DNA from: Octopus vulgaris | Taxonomy: Eukaryota | Assembly (NCBI GenBank): GCA_951406725.2 | Contig: OX597825.1 | Span: 70,990,001 to 71,054,000 of the forward strand | Reading direction: 5' to 3' | Length of the DNA stretch: 64,000 nucleotides | Shown here: one piece after another, positions 24,618 through 38,499 of the stretch | Layout of the letters: the number at the start of each line of letters is the position of its first letter | How positions within the stretch are numbered: the stretch's first letter is position 1 | The notes under the pieces: model-generated | Database searches by the model: none | What the model saw: the letters and a program-made list of their open reading frames with translations, nothing else | Told to the model about the DNA's origin: nothing | Position numbers and translations under genes: made by a program

Positions 24618-25423
24618 CAGTGCTTCTCAAATTATCTGATGCGGTGTACCGGTAGTTTCCCCCGCCCCCTCAGTGTGTCAGGGACCGGTAATATTTCCTA
24701 GTAATATTAATTTATTCCGGAAACAATAAATATATATATATATATATACATATAAGGAATATAATGAAAGTTTACATTTTTTAAAATTTTATACTAGCAG
24801 TATCGCCCGGCGTTGCTCGGGTTTGTAAGGGAAATAACTATATAAGCATTTTTAGAGAGTTACTTCCCTTATAGATGCCAATTTGGGCTTTCTTAGCCAT
24901 TTCTGTTTTGGTGTCTTCAAGCGATGAAGTCGTTGTTCTAAAAAAACGCTGGTCTCCTTGACAACGCTTTACGACGTTGATTTCCTTACACTCCCTTCTC
25001 CACAGCTTCATGAGGGAGGGAAGAAGGGGGAGAAGCAAACAGGTGCAGGTGTGACCATGGACGCCAACTCCGCCGCCATCGACACACGAAAAATTATGCA
25101 TTAAAATGGAATAAAAAATTATGTTAAATTATTTTTAAAATCGTAGACGCGCGCTAATACTCAGACGGGCTCGATATGAATCACGACTATAAGATACCCG
25201 AATTTGGTTAAACTGCACCGCAAAATGTGGGAGTAGTTAGGAATTTAAATCGAAGGGGACAGACACTCACACAACTACAGTTTTATATATATAGATTTAT
25301 TTTGTAAACAAATAATACAATATTACGTAAACATTTTATAAGCATTTTATAATGTTTCTTTTCTGGAAACTCGCCGTGTACCGGTAGCTGATGGCTCGCC
25401 AACCACCACTTTGAGTAGCACTA
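24618..25423. mobile_element. hAT-type MITE hosting a Helitron insertion
   Basis: TIRs CAGTGCTTCTCAAA / TTTGAGTAGCACTA. 8-bp TSD atctagtg (24610-24617) / atctggtg (25424-25431). Confidence 0.8.
24794..25295 (-). mobile_element. Non-autonomous Helitron
   Basis: Minus strand A|TCtatatatataaa...acccgagcaacgccgggcgatactgCTAG|T: 5' TC, subterminal GC hairpin, 3' CTAG, AT target site, no TSD. Confidence 0.88.
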
Positions 25424-27264
25424 ATCTGGTGTAAATGATTTATTTTTGGTTTATTTATTTTATTTTGTTACTTGTTTTAGACATTTGACTTGAACTGCCT
25501 TGAAAGGTTTTTTTTTTTTTCTTTCAAGTCGAACAAATCGACCCCAGGACTTTTCTTTTTTAAAGCCTAGTACTTATTGTATTGGTTTTTTTGCCGAACC
25601 GCCAAGTTATAGGGACATAAAAACACCAACATCGGTTGTCAAGTGGTGATGCGGGGGACACAGACACAAAGACACTTACACACACACACACACACACACA
25701 CCCGACGTGCTTCCTTCAGTTTCCGCCTATCAAATCCACTCACAAGGCTTTGGTCAGCTTGAGGCTGTAGTAGATTTCACTTGCCCAAGGTGCCACACAA
25801 TGGGACTGAACCCCGAACCATATGGTTGGGAAACAAGCTTCTTACCACACAGTCACGCCTGAGCCTATAGTGACTTTAGAGGCTTTAATTTTTTTTTTTA
25901 TTGTTTAGTCTGGTTGAAAAGAGCAGCACCCATCACCTTTTATTTTTTTAGGATCTCCAAGACAGGTAGGGGAAAAAAAGGAAGAATATGACATACTGAA
26001 TATTGGCAAACTTCTTGCCACACTTGCACACTACTAAAAAAAAATACAACATAATTTTTTCATTAAGTGTACCATTCAGAAAGTCCTGTGGGCTGAAGTT
26101 TGCCCTTGTCTTCTCTTAGAGAACTGCCTTAGGGTTAAGAGATGGAGTAAAAACCTTCAGAGTTTTGTTTTCAAAGCCATTTTGTCGTGATCATCATCAT
26201 TTAACGTCTGTTCTCCATGCTAGCATGGGTTGGATGGTTCGACCGGGGATCTGGGAAGCCAGAAGGCTGCACCAGGCTCCAGTCTGATCTGGCAGTGTTT
26301 CTACAGCTGGATGCCCTTCCTAACGCCAACTACTCCGTGAGTGTAGTGGGTGCTTTTTACATGCCACTGGCACAGGTGCCAGGCGAGGCTGGCAAACGGC
26401 CATGATCAGATTGGTGCATTTTTACGTGCCAGCGGCACGGAAGCCAGTCGAGGTGGTGCTGGCATCGGCCACATTCGGATGGTGCTTTTTACGTGCCACT
26501 GGCACAGATATTACAACTGCAGTTTCAATTGATTTTGATGTTGGTGATCTGTTTGTAATAACTATATTGAAAGTAGGAACTATTTTGTATATCTCTGTCC
26601 CATCATATCTCGTTCCATCAGTGTCTCTGCCTGTTGTCTTCTATTCTATCTCTCTGTTACCTTCATTCATTGCTCCTGCTATTATCATTATAAACATCAC
26701 CATTACCACAGCCCTCATCATCCCCATCATCATAATCATCATCATTCATCTCTTTGAAACTAAAGACTAAAATATCGCCAGTTATATTTAAAAGCAGTAT
26801 ATAATTATAATTTTATTAAGGTGGGTAAAAGAAAACATTTTCATTGTTGTTGTTGGTTAACCCTAGACTGGTCTTCAAATCTCATCAGAGGAATAAAAAA
26901 TGTTAAAAAGACTTATCATTTTGGAAGAATAACATGTTAATAACCCAACAATATGTCTTTTTTACATTTTTACTTCTATAACGAGATTTTGCCTTCCAAA
27001 ATGTTTTAATTACTGGAATTTAATTCCTTTGGGTCAATTTGAAACAGCTGTAAGGAAACATGTTGAATTTTTGCAGTTAATAAATTATGTTAATGCTACT
27101 TCTCCATTTTCTGGATTGTAGTTTGAATGCATATAAACAAAGTTTTATACTTAGACCTATTACTTTAGGAATATTACTATTCACAAAAAAATAATAGGAA
27201 ACAAACCAGTATTCCAAGGGATATTTTTTATCGCTTAAGATAGTTATTTTAACTTCTATTTAAA

Positions 27265-27295
<31 letters not shown>

Positions 27296-27511
27296 TCATA
27301 TATATGTAAAAGGCACTTGTGCCTGTGACACATAAGAGGCTCTACTACACTCTTGCAGTGGTTGGTGTTAGGAAGGGCATCCAGCCATAGAAACCAAGCC
27401 AAAATCAAACTGGAGCCTGGTACAGCCCTCTGGCTTACCAGTTCCTATCAAATCATCTCACCCATGCCAGTATGGAAAATGGATGCTAAATGATGATATT
27501 GATATACATAT

Positions 27512-27937
27512 AGTCCAAATTTACAGAAAACAAAAGATGAAGAGAGGTGTAAGAACCACAAGCAGGTGTATTAGTTTAACGCTTGAGATAAAAAGAAGTC
27601 TTTTATATTTCGAGCCTACGCTCTTCAACAGGAAGGATTAAAAGAAAAGATGGAGAGAGAATGAAAAAAACTGAGAGAGGAAAAATGTGCAGAGTTCAAC
27701 AGTCGATGTTGACCGTTCCTATTCAATAATCATCTCTGGTTGGCTTACATCTGCAGATCAAGAGCATGTCTTGTAGCTCACATGTAAGCCAACCAGAGAT
27801 GATTATTGAATAGGAACAGTCAACATCGACTGTTGAACTCTGCACATTTTTCCTCTCTCAGTTTTTTTCATTCTCTCTCCATCTTTTCTATTAATCCTTC
27901 CTGTTGAAGAGCTACAAGACATGCTCTTGATCTGCAG
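27512..27937. mobile_element. Hammerhead-like mini-element with a 131-bp inverted duplication
   Basis: Arms 27620-27750 and 27782-27912. Motif on - strand at 27600-27636: ccuuc CUGUUGA a GAGC guag GCUC GAAA uaua aaag. Same family as 62639-62818. Confidence 0.75.
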
Positions 27938-29141
27938 AAGTGATGACATTTGCTGCAGGTGAAGCTATTTGATGCGATGAAGAAGTAACACCTCTCATGT
28001 GCTCTTTTGTATTCTCTCTGTTGCTTCTCCCCATGGAACTATGAGCTTTAGCAATCATGCTATTCATCACCCTACAAGGCCTTTTTCAAGGCCTGGTGAG
28101 ATGCCAGAGTTCTTCATATGTATGGGTGGAAGAAGTGCTTGTCTTGACATTGCATGTGAGTTGTAAACAAGTGCCACTGTTATACATGTGGTGTTGTCTG
28201 TTTCCAGTCTTGCTTGAAGATGTGTCCAGCCATAGGGGAATATTCCCTTCCTTTGAAATGTGAGAATTAGCAACAGAAAGGGCATCCGACCATAGAAAAT
28301 CTGCCTCAATGAATTCCATTTGGACCATGCATGCAAAGAAAAGCAGACATTAAAATGATGATTTATAAACAGAATTATGAATAAAAGGTTTTCTAAGACA
28401 CTATTAATATAGATTTTCGAAAACTTTGAACCCTTAGTATTTAATCCATCCACATCCAGCTGAAATACTCGTATCTGTTTTTTGTACAAACTGGCCAAAT
28501 GCAGCCTCTCACACCTACCTTACAATGTCATTCTAAAAATAAAGTTATATCATTGAAGCCTGGAAGCTATGAGATAATGCATGATTAATTCAAAACAATT
28601 GTGAATAAAGAAGCATTACATTTGACAGAGTAATTTGAATGCTAAATGGTTAAAGAGATATTTCTTGGGGTGCAAACGTTTGAGATCACTACTCTTATTG
28701 TGTTGATCTCATTCTCTCCACCCACCCCATCTTACCCACTCTTGTACCAGATACATTACACCGATGCCGGTGTAATGTAACTGATACCTGTGCTGGTGGC
28801 ATGTAAAAAGCATCCATTACACTTTTGGAGTGGTTGGCATTAAGAAGGGCATCCAGCTGTAGAAACTCTGCCAAATCAGATTGGAACCTTGTGCAGCTGT
28901 CTGGCTGACCAGTTTCAATCAAACTGTCTAACTCATAACAGCATGGACAACAGACGTTAAATGGTGATCACACATACACACAAATTTACTCACAAGGTTT
29001 TGGTTTGCCCACTGCTGCAGAAGACGACACTTGCTTGGGGCACCACACAATGAGACTGACCTGAAAACCAATGAGGTTGCAAAGTGAGCCTCTTTTTTTT
29101 TTTTTTTTTGTTTCCTCCACTAGCCATATTTAGTAACATAA

Positions 29142-29370
29142 GGCGGCAAGCTGGCAGTACAGTTAGTATGCCGGGCGAAATGCGTAGCCTTATTTCGTCT
29201 GCCGTTACGTTCTGAGTTCAAATTCTGCTGAGGTCGACTTTGCCTTCATCCTTTCAGGGTCGATAAATTAAGTACCAGTTATGCACTGGGGTCGATGTAA
29301 TCGACTTAATCTGTTTGTCTGTCCTTGTTTGTCCCGACTATGTTTAGCGCCTTGTGGGTAATAAAGAAAC
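29142..29370 (+). mobile_element. Family-A SINE
   Basis: Full unit with TSD catat(t/g)tagtaacataa. Confidence 0.88.
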
Positions 29371-29921
29371 ACATATGTAGTAACATAAACTGGTTTCTGC
29401 CTCTCAAGGTATCATTGCATAATATTCTCAGCTAATCATTTGAGAAACCTCTTAATGAATGCCAACACTCTGAGAAGAACCCATGACTTTGGTTCTTCAG
29501 TTCTTCTTCTCTATACATATGTGAGTGTGGGTAAATGTGTGGAGCATGCATAGAGGTGTTCTTGCGATGTAAAACTTTAGACCAAATGCAGAAGCTTCCT
29601 CGGCCCTCAATTCTTCAGCAGTTGGCAAAGTAAGGGTTGATATTGTTTTAGGACTGCTCCTCTCCCTGTTAACCACTTTGGCCTTTGACCCTTCCAAGTT
29701 TGATAAAATAAGGGTGTACTGGGGTTGATGTTATGTTTTAGGACCAATGCAAAGTGCCCCCCCCCAGCTCCCACTTTGGCCTTTGATTCTTCCAAGCTTG
29801 ATAACATAAAGGTGTACTGGGCTTGGTGTTGACTTTATCAACTGTTCTCTGTAATCCAGTGCCCCAGCTTGGCCACAGTCCAGCGAGTAAAAGCATTGAA
29901 AGAGTTAACTAAATGGATGAT

Positions 29922-30009
29922 GCTTTAGAGTTTTAGAGATGAAGAGTTTCACCGTTTCACTACATATGCTTCCAATCAGTGAAATTCTTCATCTCCAAAA
30001 CTCTAAGGC
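29922..30009 (+). other. Isolated 31-bp stem / 26-nt loop hairpin (candidate pre-miRNA or ADAR substrate)
   Basis: gcuuuagaguuuuagagaugaagaguuucac pairs with gugaaauucuucaucuccaaaacucuaaggc: 28 WC, 2 G-U and 1 A-C on the + strand. Confidence 0.45.
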
Positions 30010-30324
30010 TTCACTCAGACCCAAAGGAAATGGCAACTCAAAGCCACTCACCCATGACCTTTCTCCAAAACTTATATGACATCACAGCAATTACATTTAG
30101 TAGTGAATATGTTTGAAGATAATGGTGATGATGATGGTGGTGATGATGGTGTTGATGATGATGATGATGATGTAGATGCACATATCTCGGTCAATTATTG
30201 ATTGCAATGCTTTGAGCGAAAATAGCTTTGGCTTAATTCTGATTTCTTTTTAAAATATTTTCTCAGCTTCAGTGTTTCAATATTATGAGCACACATTTTC
30301 ATATGGACACTTTCCACCTAATTG

Positions 30325-30725
30325 CAATGTGTGTGTGTGTGTGTGTAATATATGTAAATATATGTATGTATGTATAAGTGCATGTGTGTCTATGTTTGTA
30401 ACGTTTGCGTGTGTGTATGTATATATGTTTGTATACATATGTGTATGTGTGTATATGCATATATGTTTGTATGCATGTGTGTGTTTGTATCATGCATGCA
30501 TGTGTGTTTGTATCTATGTATGAATAAATGCTGTTTGTGTATGTGTATGCATGCTTGTAGGTGTGTGTTTCTATGTATGTATGTATGTATGTTTGTGTAT
30601 ATATATATATATATATGTTTGTATGTATGTAAATATCTTACATTTGTCCACTTAGCTATGTATACTGCATCTATGCGTCTATATATATGTATGTATCTAA
30701 ACGTGTGTGTGTATATTATATATAC
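30325..30725. repeat. Degenerate (TG/TA/TGTA/ATGC) compound microsatellite
   Basis: Direct inspection. Confidence 0.9.
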
Positions 30726-33700
30726 ACCCACACATATACTCATGCTCATACACAACCCTCTCGCTCACTAACTCACTCTTCACTTTGGACGACAGAGCTT
30801 ATTCTTAGCCACACAAGTAAGTCTACATCCTGTAAACTCAGAAACTTATTATAATATGAAACTGCCTTGGCAACAAAGCTTGTTTAGATTAGTCTTAAGA
30901 TGGTGCCAAATTTAGCCACAGATAAATAGTTAGACAAATTATTGACTGAACAAGATGTTTTTGTCGTAGTTTTAACCTCACCTTTGTAACGTTCTTACAA
31001 AATATGTTGATATTGGCATGTGGTTCCAACTTTGCCTGTTCATTTAGCTTTCCTTTCTGTGAGCTTACAGAGATTTTAGTATTCTTATGTAATATATAAT
31101 TTCCTCTAATCCCTGAAGGACAGTCAAGAGCTGTTGTTTAGCTCTGGTTGTTCTTTTGGTGTAAAAGTTGGAAAAAAGGAATGATGAAATTTATTGCAGC
31201 ATTCTCAGATTTCTGGTACTTATTCCTGACAGAGAGAGACTTGGACTGAGGCAGAATGTAGGATTTAGTAACCCTTAAATATGTGACCCTTTAGCATTCA
31301 GATTATTCTGTCATATATATTGCTTATTCCTTCACATTGTTTTGACTGGTAATTATTTTATAAAAACCCTGAAAGGAAGAGAGGTAAAGTTGTTCTAGGC
31401 AAGATTTGAACTCAGAACATAAAGAGCATTTTGTCCATCGCACTAACTACTCTATCAGATCTCTCTCTATTTTTCTCTATGCTCTTGCTTGATGGGGTTG
31501 GGATCATTGCAGTTCAGCTTTGAGTTATTGATGATGGGATTGTTTATTTTTAGAATGACATTGCAGGGTAGGTGTCAGAAGCCTGACCATGTAAGTTTGA
31601 ACACAAAACGGGTAGAATATTTGGACAAGATATAGCCAGTTTGAATTCTAAAGGGTTAAATAACTACAGCTTATTTGAACTCATGATCTATGAATAAGTG
31701 TTTCAAAATCAACAAGGTTCGCCTTCTTCAAAGCATGTGTTGAGAACATTGTTCTCCATGGAGCTGAAACCTGGTACTGGAAAGATTAACAGTACATGTA
31801 CCAAGCATCTCAAAGTCACTGGCCTTGTGCCAAAATTAGGAAGGATTATTCTTATTATTATTATCTGCGTGACAGACAATGCAAGTGAATGGAGAAAATG
31901 TATGGGCATGAAAATTATCAGCAGATTTATGCGGTAGAGAATTGTGTTGACGTATGTTTGTGACATGAATAACTGACTTGAGTGGAGTGAGGAAGCATCT
32001 ATGAATTGTCTAGTGAAAAGTGTCAATACATATGTACTAGCAAGCTCGCTTGCTATGCTGTGCGGGAAGATCAATTATAGAATTGATTTGCTTCTGGTTG
32101 ATCTGTAAAACGGCAAACGAAGAGACACTCAGGAAAATCTGCAACACATAGATCCACGCATGTGGTTTGTCAAATGTGATTCTCAGAGTTTCATCAGAAT
32201 GAAATGTCACCTTTGAGTAAGTAAATTAACATCCGAGTGCTGCAGCATGTAGTGTGTGGTTAGTGTGTTTCGTACATTTGACACAGTCCGATACATAGAG
32301 ATAAATAAATAATGACACATGGTGGATGAAATAATAGAAGTAATGTTACCCAGAACAGACAAAAGAAATTATACATTATGTATTTGCTTTAATCACTTGT
32401 TGAGCAGAGTGGTCAGTGGATGCCTGCTGGACCCATAACACATAAGGTCTGTAGATAGAGAATAAGCTCTGCAAAGAAATGGATACAACTTTTGATATTT
32501 ATACATTGTAACTGAGTTTTCTACAAATATATGGAAATTGTCGCTGTGATACCAGTGCCGGTGGCACATAAGAGAACCATCCGAACGTGGCTGTTGTCAG
32601 CGCTGCCCCAACTGGCCTCCGTGCCGGTGGCACGTAAAAAGCACCATCCGATCGTGGCCGTTTGCAAGCCTCGTTTGGCACCTGTGCCGGTGGCACGTAA
32701 AAAAACACTCACTACACTCACGGAGTGGTTGGCATTAGGAAGGGCATCCAGCCGTAGAAATATTGCCAGATCAGACTGGGCCTGGTGCAGCCTTCTGGCT
32801 TCCCAGACCCCAGTTGAACCGTCCAACCCATGCTAGCATGGAAAGCAGACGCTAAACGATGATGATGATATCAACTATGGGGGTGCTGAAAAGTTCCTGG
32901 CTTTAAGGGTATCATGAAAGGCTTGACTGGAGGCCCACCTTCCAAGTTATTTTAGAGGGCTTCTTAAAACTGAAGGGCCACTGCAATAAGTGTGTGAATC
33001 ATTTAACGCCCGCTCTCCATGCTGACATCGGTTGGACGGTTTGAGATGAGGCTGGCTAACAGGGAGCTGTCCAGACTCCAGTTGTCTGCTGAGGGATGGT
33101 TTCTACAGCTGGATGCCCTTCCTAATTAGGATAGGCAAAGAAGTATTTGAAGAAGGCCTGCAAAATATATTGTATCTTAGTATCTTACTGATGCATGATC
33201 AGTATGTGCAAAAGGTGGCTTGATTGCAAACTTAGCATTGTTGTTGTTGTCATCATTGTCATCATCATCATCATCAACTTTTTTTAATGTCCACTTTTCC
33301 ATGCGTGCTTAGATGAAATTTACTGAGGCAGATTTTCCACTGCCAGATGCCTTTCCTGTTGCCAACCCTTTCCTGTCTCCACAAAAAGATAATATTTTCC
33401 TATTTCTATACATGCTTTTCATAGGAGACTGGAAACAAACAACCTCACTTATATGACAGTGATGCTTATTTGCATCAGGGTACGCATAAACACACACACA
33501 TGTATACACACACACACACATGTATACACACACACACACATGTATACACACACACACACATGTATACACACACACACACACACATAGCTTTTATTCTTTT
33601 ACTTGTTTCAATCAGTTCACTGCAGCCATGCTGGAGCACTGCCCTAAAGGTTTTTAGTTGAACAAATCAACCTCAGGACTTTTTTTTAAAGCCTAGTACT

Positions 33701-35169
33701 TATTCTATTAGTGTTTTTGCCAAACCGTTAAGTTATGGAGATGCAAACCCACCAAGATCGGTTGTCAAGCAATGGTGGGTGAGAGTGGACAAACACAGAC
33801 AGAAAAACACACACACACACACACACATATATGATGGGCTTCTTTCAGTTTCTGTCTACCAAATTCACTCACAAGGCTTTGGTTGGCCCGAGCCTATAGC
33901 AGAAAACACTTGGCCAAGGTGTCATGCAGTGGAACTGAACCTGGAACCATGTGGTTGGGAAGCAAGCTTCTTACCATACAGCCATATTTATAAATGATGG
34001 GTTTCTTTCAGTTTCCACCTCTAAATCCACTGACAAGGCTTTGGGCAACTTGAGACTAAAGTAAAAAAAAAAAACACTTCCCCAAGGCACTGTACAGTGG
34101 AACTTGAAGTATGAAAGAAAAAATAGACATAAAACAAATAATATGAGACAGGTAGTGGATGATCTAAAAATGTTGCACCTTATATGGTACCACTTTAGCA
34201 AATTCTGCTAAGAACCTTTTGGGAATGTTACGCCCTACACAGTACCATTTCTAGCAGTGCTGTCAGTAATAGGTAAGAGATCATCTGGGAATGCTACCCC
34301 CTTATATGTTACCAGTAAAGCCAATGCTGTCAAGAATAGGTGGCTGATCTTGTTGGAAAGTAGCAGCTAAGAGAGATTGGCATCCTATCAAGGGGTGGAG
34401 AGAAAGAGAGAGAGAGAGTGTGAGAGAGGCTTTATCTTTTCATCTTAATGTGCAATCATCTATTTACTTGCTCCTTGAAATCTCCTTGGGACTTTAGAGG
34501 AGGTCTTTAAATTTTATCGTTACCATGGACAAATGACTGTAACAACAACTGCAACTACAACAACAACGACAAATATTTACAGAATTGAAACTATCAGTAT
34601 AAACATTTCCATCTGCTTAATTTTTTTCTTTGTGTTTTTTCTGTTTTTTTTTTTAAATTCTTGCTGGAGCAAAAGAATAAAAACAGATAAGGGTGATTCT
34701 TTTTTTTTTAGTTGTTTTTTAATTTTTTTTTTTTAATTTTAATTGCAGCCAATTAGGGGAGTGATTTTCCCTCACATCACCTCCACTTAGAATATTTATC
34801 TCTAATTAACTAAACCAATTTTTTTGTTTGTTTGTTTGCTTGCTTTTTTTTTTTTTTTTTTTTTTTTGGTAATTAGAAAGAAAAACATCTTCAATTATCT
34901 TGAGTCATTCAATGTAATACTCTTACTTATTAGCAACAAAATTTATATAATTGTTATCATCTGTCAGTATTGAATAAAAGTAACCAAAATGAGAAATTTT
35001 TTTAAAGTTGCATGTCTTTGTGTATGTGCGTGAGTGTGTGTTAATGTTGTTTGACTATTTTTTTTCATTCATACCATTGTGTATACCCTAAACATAAATA
35101 CGTAGACACTGCTACCACCACAAGCAGCATCAGTAACTACAGCATTACTGCCAGCATTTTAATTGAAGT

Positions 35170-35500
35170 CATCAGCACCATCACCATCATCATCATCACT
35201 GCCATCATCAGCCATCATCACCACCTCCACCATCATTCCCACCATCACCATCTCCACCATCATTCCCATCACCATCATCATCACCATTACCACCATCATC
35301 ATCACCACCACCACCTCTATCACTACCTCCATCACCACCACCACCACCACCATCATCAGCACTACCACCATCACCATCATCACCTCCACCATCATTCCCA
35401 CCATCATCATCACCATTACCACCACCATCACCACCACCACCACCACCTCTACCACTACCTCCATCACCACCACCATCATCATCATCATCATCATTGTCAT
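35170..35500. repeat. (CAT/CAC)n trinucleotide low-complexity tract with internal higher-order duplication
   Basis: The block ccaccatcattcccaccatc...cacctct(a)..cactacctccatcacc recurs; source of the poly-His/Thr ORFs. Confidence 0.9.
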
Positions 35501-36059
35501 TATTATTTGCCATTGATGTTAACCCACAGAGCAATGCTTGACATTCTCACATTTCTCATAATTTCAAGTAACGATCCAATGAGATTTGAAGTCAATGTAA
35601 CGAACACTAATAAATAATTAATATATAGATGCAGATGGCATTGCTGTCTGGACAAGAAGTGAGCTTTGCAGCCACGGGGCCTTCAGGTATGATCCAGCTT
35701 TTTAGCACCTTAAGCAGGTGTCTTGTACAGGTGCCTTAACTTGACCATCTTTTACAAGTGGAACATGATGTGTGGAAGTTACACAAGCCTGTAATATGTG
35801 TGGGTGGGCATGTGGATTTGGATGGTGTTGTGTTTGCTGATATAAAATGGTGCATCTGCTTGTATCACTAATGCATCTGAAGTTATATAAACAATTCTAT
35901 AAATAGGGGTCGATAAGCTAAATTTCAGACTGAAATGAATAAAGGGGTTTGCATGACCTTTTTAGGTGGTGTCCTAGCATGGCTGCAGATCTACGAAAAA
36001 GTGAGGGTATGTGTGTGTGTGTACATAGATATAGTTAGATATATGTATATCTGTCTATC

Positions 36060-36279
<220 letters not shown>

Positions 36280-37055
36280 CTCTTTATCTTTTATTAAACT
36301 TTTAATACTTTTGATATATAAATAAAAAAAAGATAAATAAATAAATTAATTAATTAATTAATAATTAAAATAATATATAAATATAAAAATATACATACAT
36401 ACATATATATATATATTTGTATATATATATATATAAAATTTATAAGTTTAAATTATTTAAATAATTTTTTATTTTTAACTTTTATATTTTTTAATTAATT
36501 TTATGTATTGGCTTATGTTTTCCACTGATTGATTTGCCTAATAGTGGTTTTATCTCTAATTTAATATTATATATATATATATATACCCACACATACATAT
36601 ACACGTGTGTGGGCAAAGTGTATGACTTCTGCTTCCCATGTTGGCATGGGTTGGAGGAGACATTTTGGGTAAGTGTTTTATGTTTGAATGCCTTTTTTGG
36701 CACCTACATGTTTAGTTAATGGTACTCCATTTCGGAATATGGTTTATCTATTCTAAAAACTTTGGTACACATGGAGTGTGTGTTGTGTGTGTGTGTGTGT
36801 GTGTATACACATATACCTAAGTGTAGGGTTGACTTTTATCTTTTTTTTATCTTGCAAATTTCATGTTGACCTCAGTAGATCCAATGACACAAAGAAGAGT
36901 AGCCAGTCCACTCTGTAAAGTGGTTGACATTAGGAAGGACATCCAGCTGTAGAAATCATGCCAGTGCAGTCCTGCAGCTTGTTGGATCTTGCCAAACTGT
37001 CCATCCTATGCCAGCATGGAAAACAGGTGTTAAATGATAATGATAATTCTGTATA

Positions 37056-37536
37056 CCATAAATCCTCGAGTATAGTCCGCCCTTGAGTATAATACGCACT
37101 TAAACTTTGTATATAATATGCACCCCTTCTCCAACTTGAGTCAAGGAGGTCTATATAACGTCTTTGGTTTGTAAAAATGTATACGGTCACGTCCTTTATT
37201 ATTATTGTATATATAACATAATGCAAACGTGTAGCTTTTTTATGCATTTTGTTTGCAGATAATAAAGAAATAACAGTAATAACGTTTAATAAATGTTGCT
37301 TACTGCAAGTTATGGATGATTCTTTTATGACTTCATTGCTTTCAGGCTTACCTTAAGGCAATTTTGCACCCGACATCAGAAAATGCGTCTGCATAAACAT
37401 TGCTGGACAGCAAATAGAGACTTGGACATTGCTTAGAAAATATTTTTCATTTTTAACCTCATATATAGTACGCACTAGGGATTTTGACCTTTAAATTTTA
37501 GAAAAAAAAATGTGGATTATACTAGAGGATTTACGG
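37056..37536. mobile_element. Tc2/pogo-type MITE
   Basis: TA flanks; TIRs CCATAAATCCTCGAGTATA / TATACTAGAGGATTTACGG. Confidence 0.8.
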
Positions 37537-38499
37537 TATATGTGTACACACACACACAATAGGCATAAATGTATTGCAGACTTGTCAAATGCCTTTTTCT
37601 GTAAAGAGCTCTTGCAAATTGCTCAGTGAAGATGAATAAAATTCAGATTTGGAGCTATGATATAATAATATTTAAAGATGGCCTAATCAACATGCACTTG
37701 AAAATAGTGACAAGTTCTATAGGCACAGACATGGCTGTGTGGTTAAAAAGCTCACTCAGCTGTCACATGGTTTCGGTTGCAATCTCACTGCGGTCCACAT
37801 TGGGTACTGTCTTCAATAACCTTGAGCCAGATTTACCTTTCATCAGCTCTGGGGTCAATAAAATAATGTACCAGTCAAGTACTAAGGTTGTTGGTATCGA
37901 TTAAATTCCTCTCCTCAAAATTCCTGGCCCTGTGCCTAAATTGGAAATGATAATCAGTATTATTTTTGAAAAAAAAATTACATAAACAATATTAAAAAGT
38001 ACTTTATACTTTTTAATATTGTTTATGTAATTTTTTATAATTACAAATCTACTTGGCAATTTTCCCCTAAATGGACTAACTTGTTCAAGTATGAAAATAA
38101 CTCTCAGCTTACTGCATCTTTTCAAAAGTTAGAACTGTTGGAGGAGAAGAAGTAAAACCAATAGCATATTGATTTTACCATTGTCTGGACATTATTGTTA
38201 TCGGCAGCAGAGATTGACAAATGCTTGTGATATCACTGTGTTTGCTTACTAATTTAATAAATTACTTTGGAAAGAAAACAGTGGTGGTGACAGGGATGGA
38301 AGTGATGGCATTGGCAGTTTCTTATTTGCCACAGGGGTGTCGGGTGAAGGTTACAGCTGATAGTTTCAATAATTCTTCCTAGTTTAGGAATAAAGCTAGC
38401 GATTTTGAAGGGAGGGTATTTAGTTGATATCATTAACCTCAATTCTTGAAAGGGTACGTTAATTGACTCTGAATGGATAAACCATCACAAAGTCCAGTC

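Noticed and set aside
29670-29830. Local direct duplications (also 9534-9586, 22207-22300, 50149-50196, 55239-55293)
   Set aside because: Two-copy slippage duplications of repeat fragments, with no sign of function.
32545-32720. CRISPR-like repeat-spacer pattern
   Set aside because: Eukaryotic context, only 2-3 units, spacers related to each other and shared among SINE copies, no cas genes.
35051-35617. 188-aa poly-histidine ORF and overlapping Thr/Gly-Asp ORFs
   Set aside because: These are translations of a (CAT/CAC)n tract that is open in several frames; the start is non-ATG and there is no splice context.
36278-36500. Almost pure A/T stretch
   Set aside because: It follows a long (TA)n; likely decayed microsatellite or low-quality consensus, with no structure.
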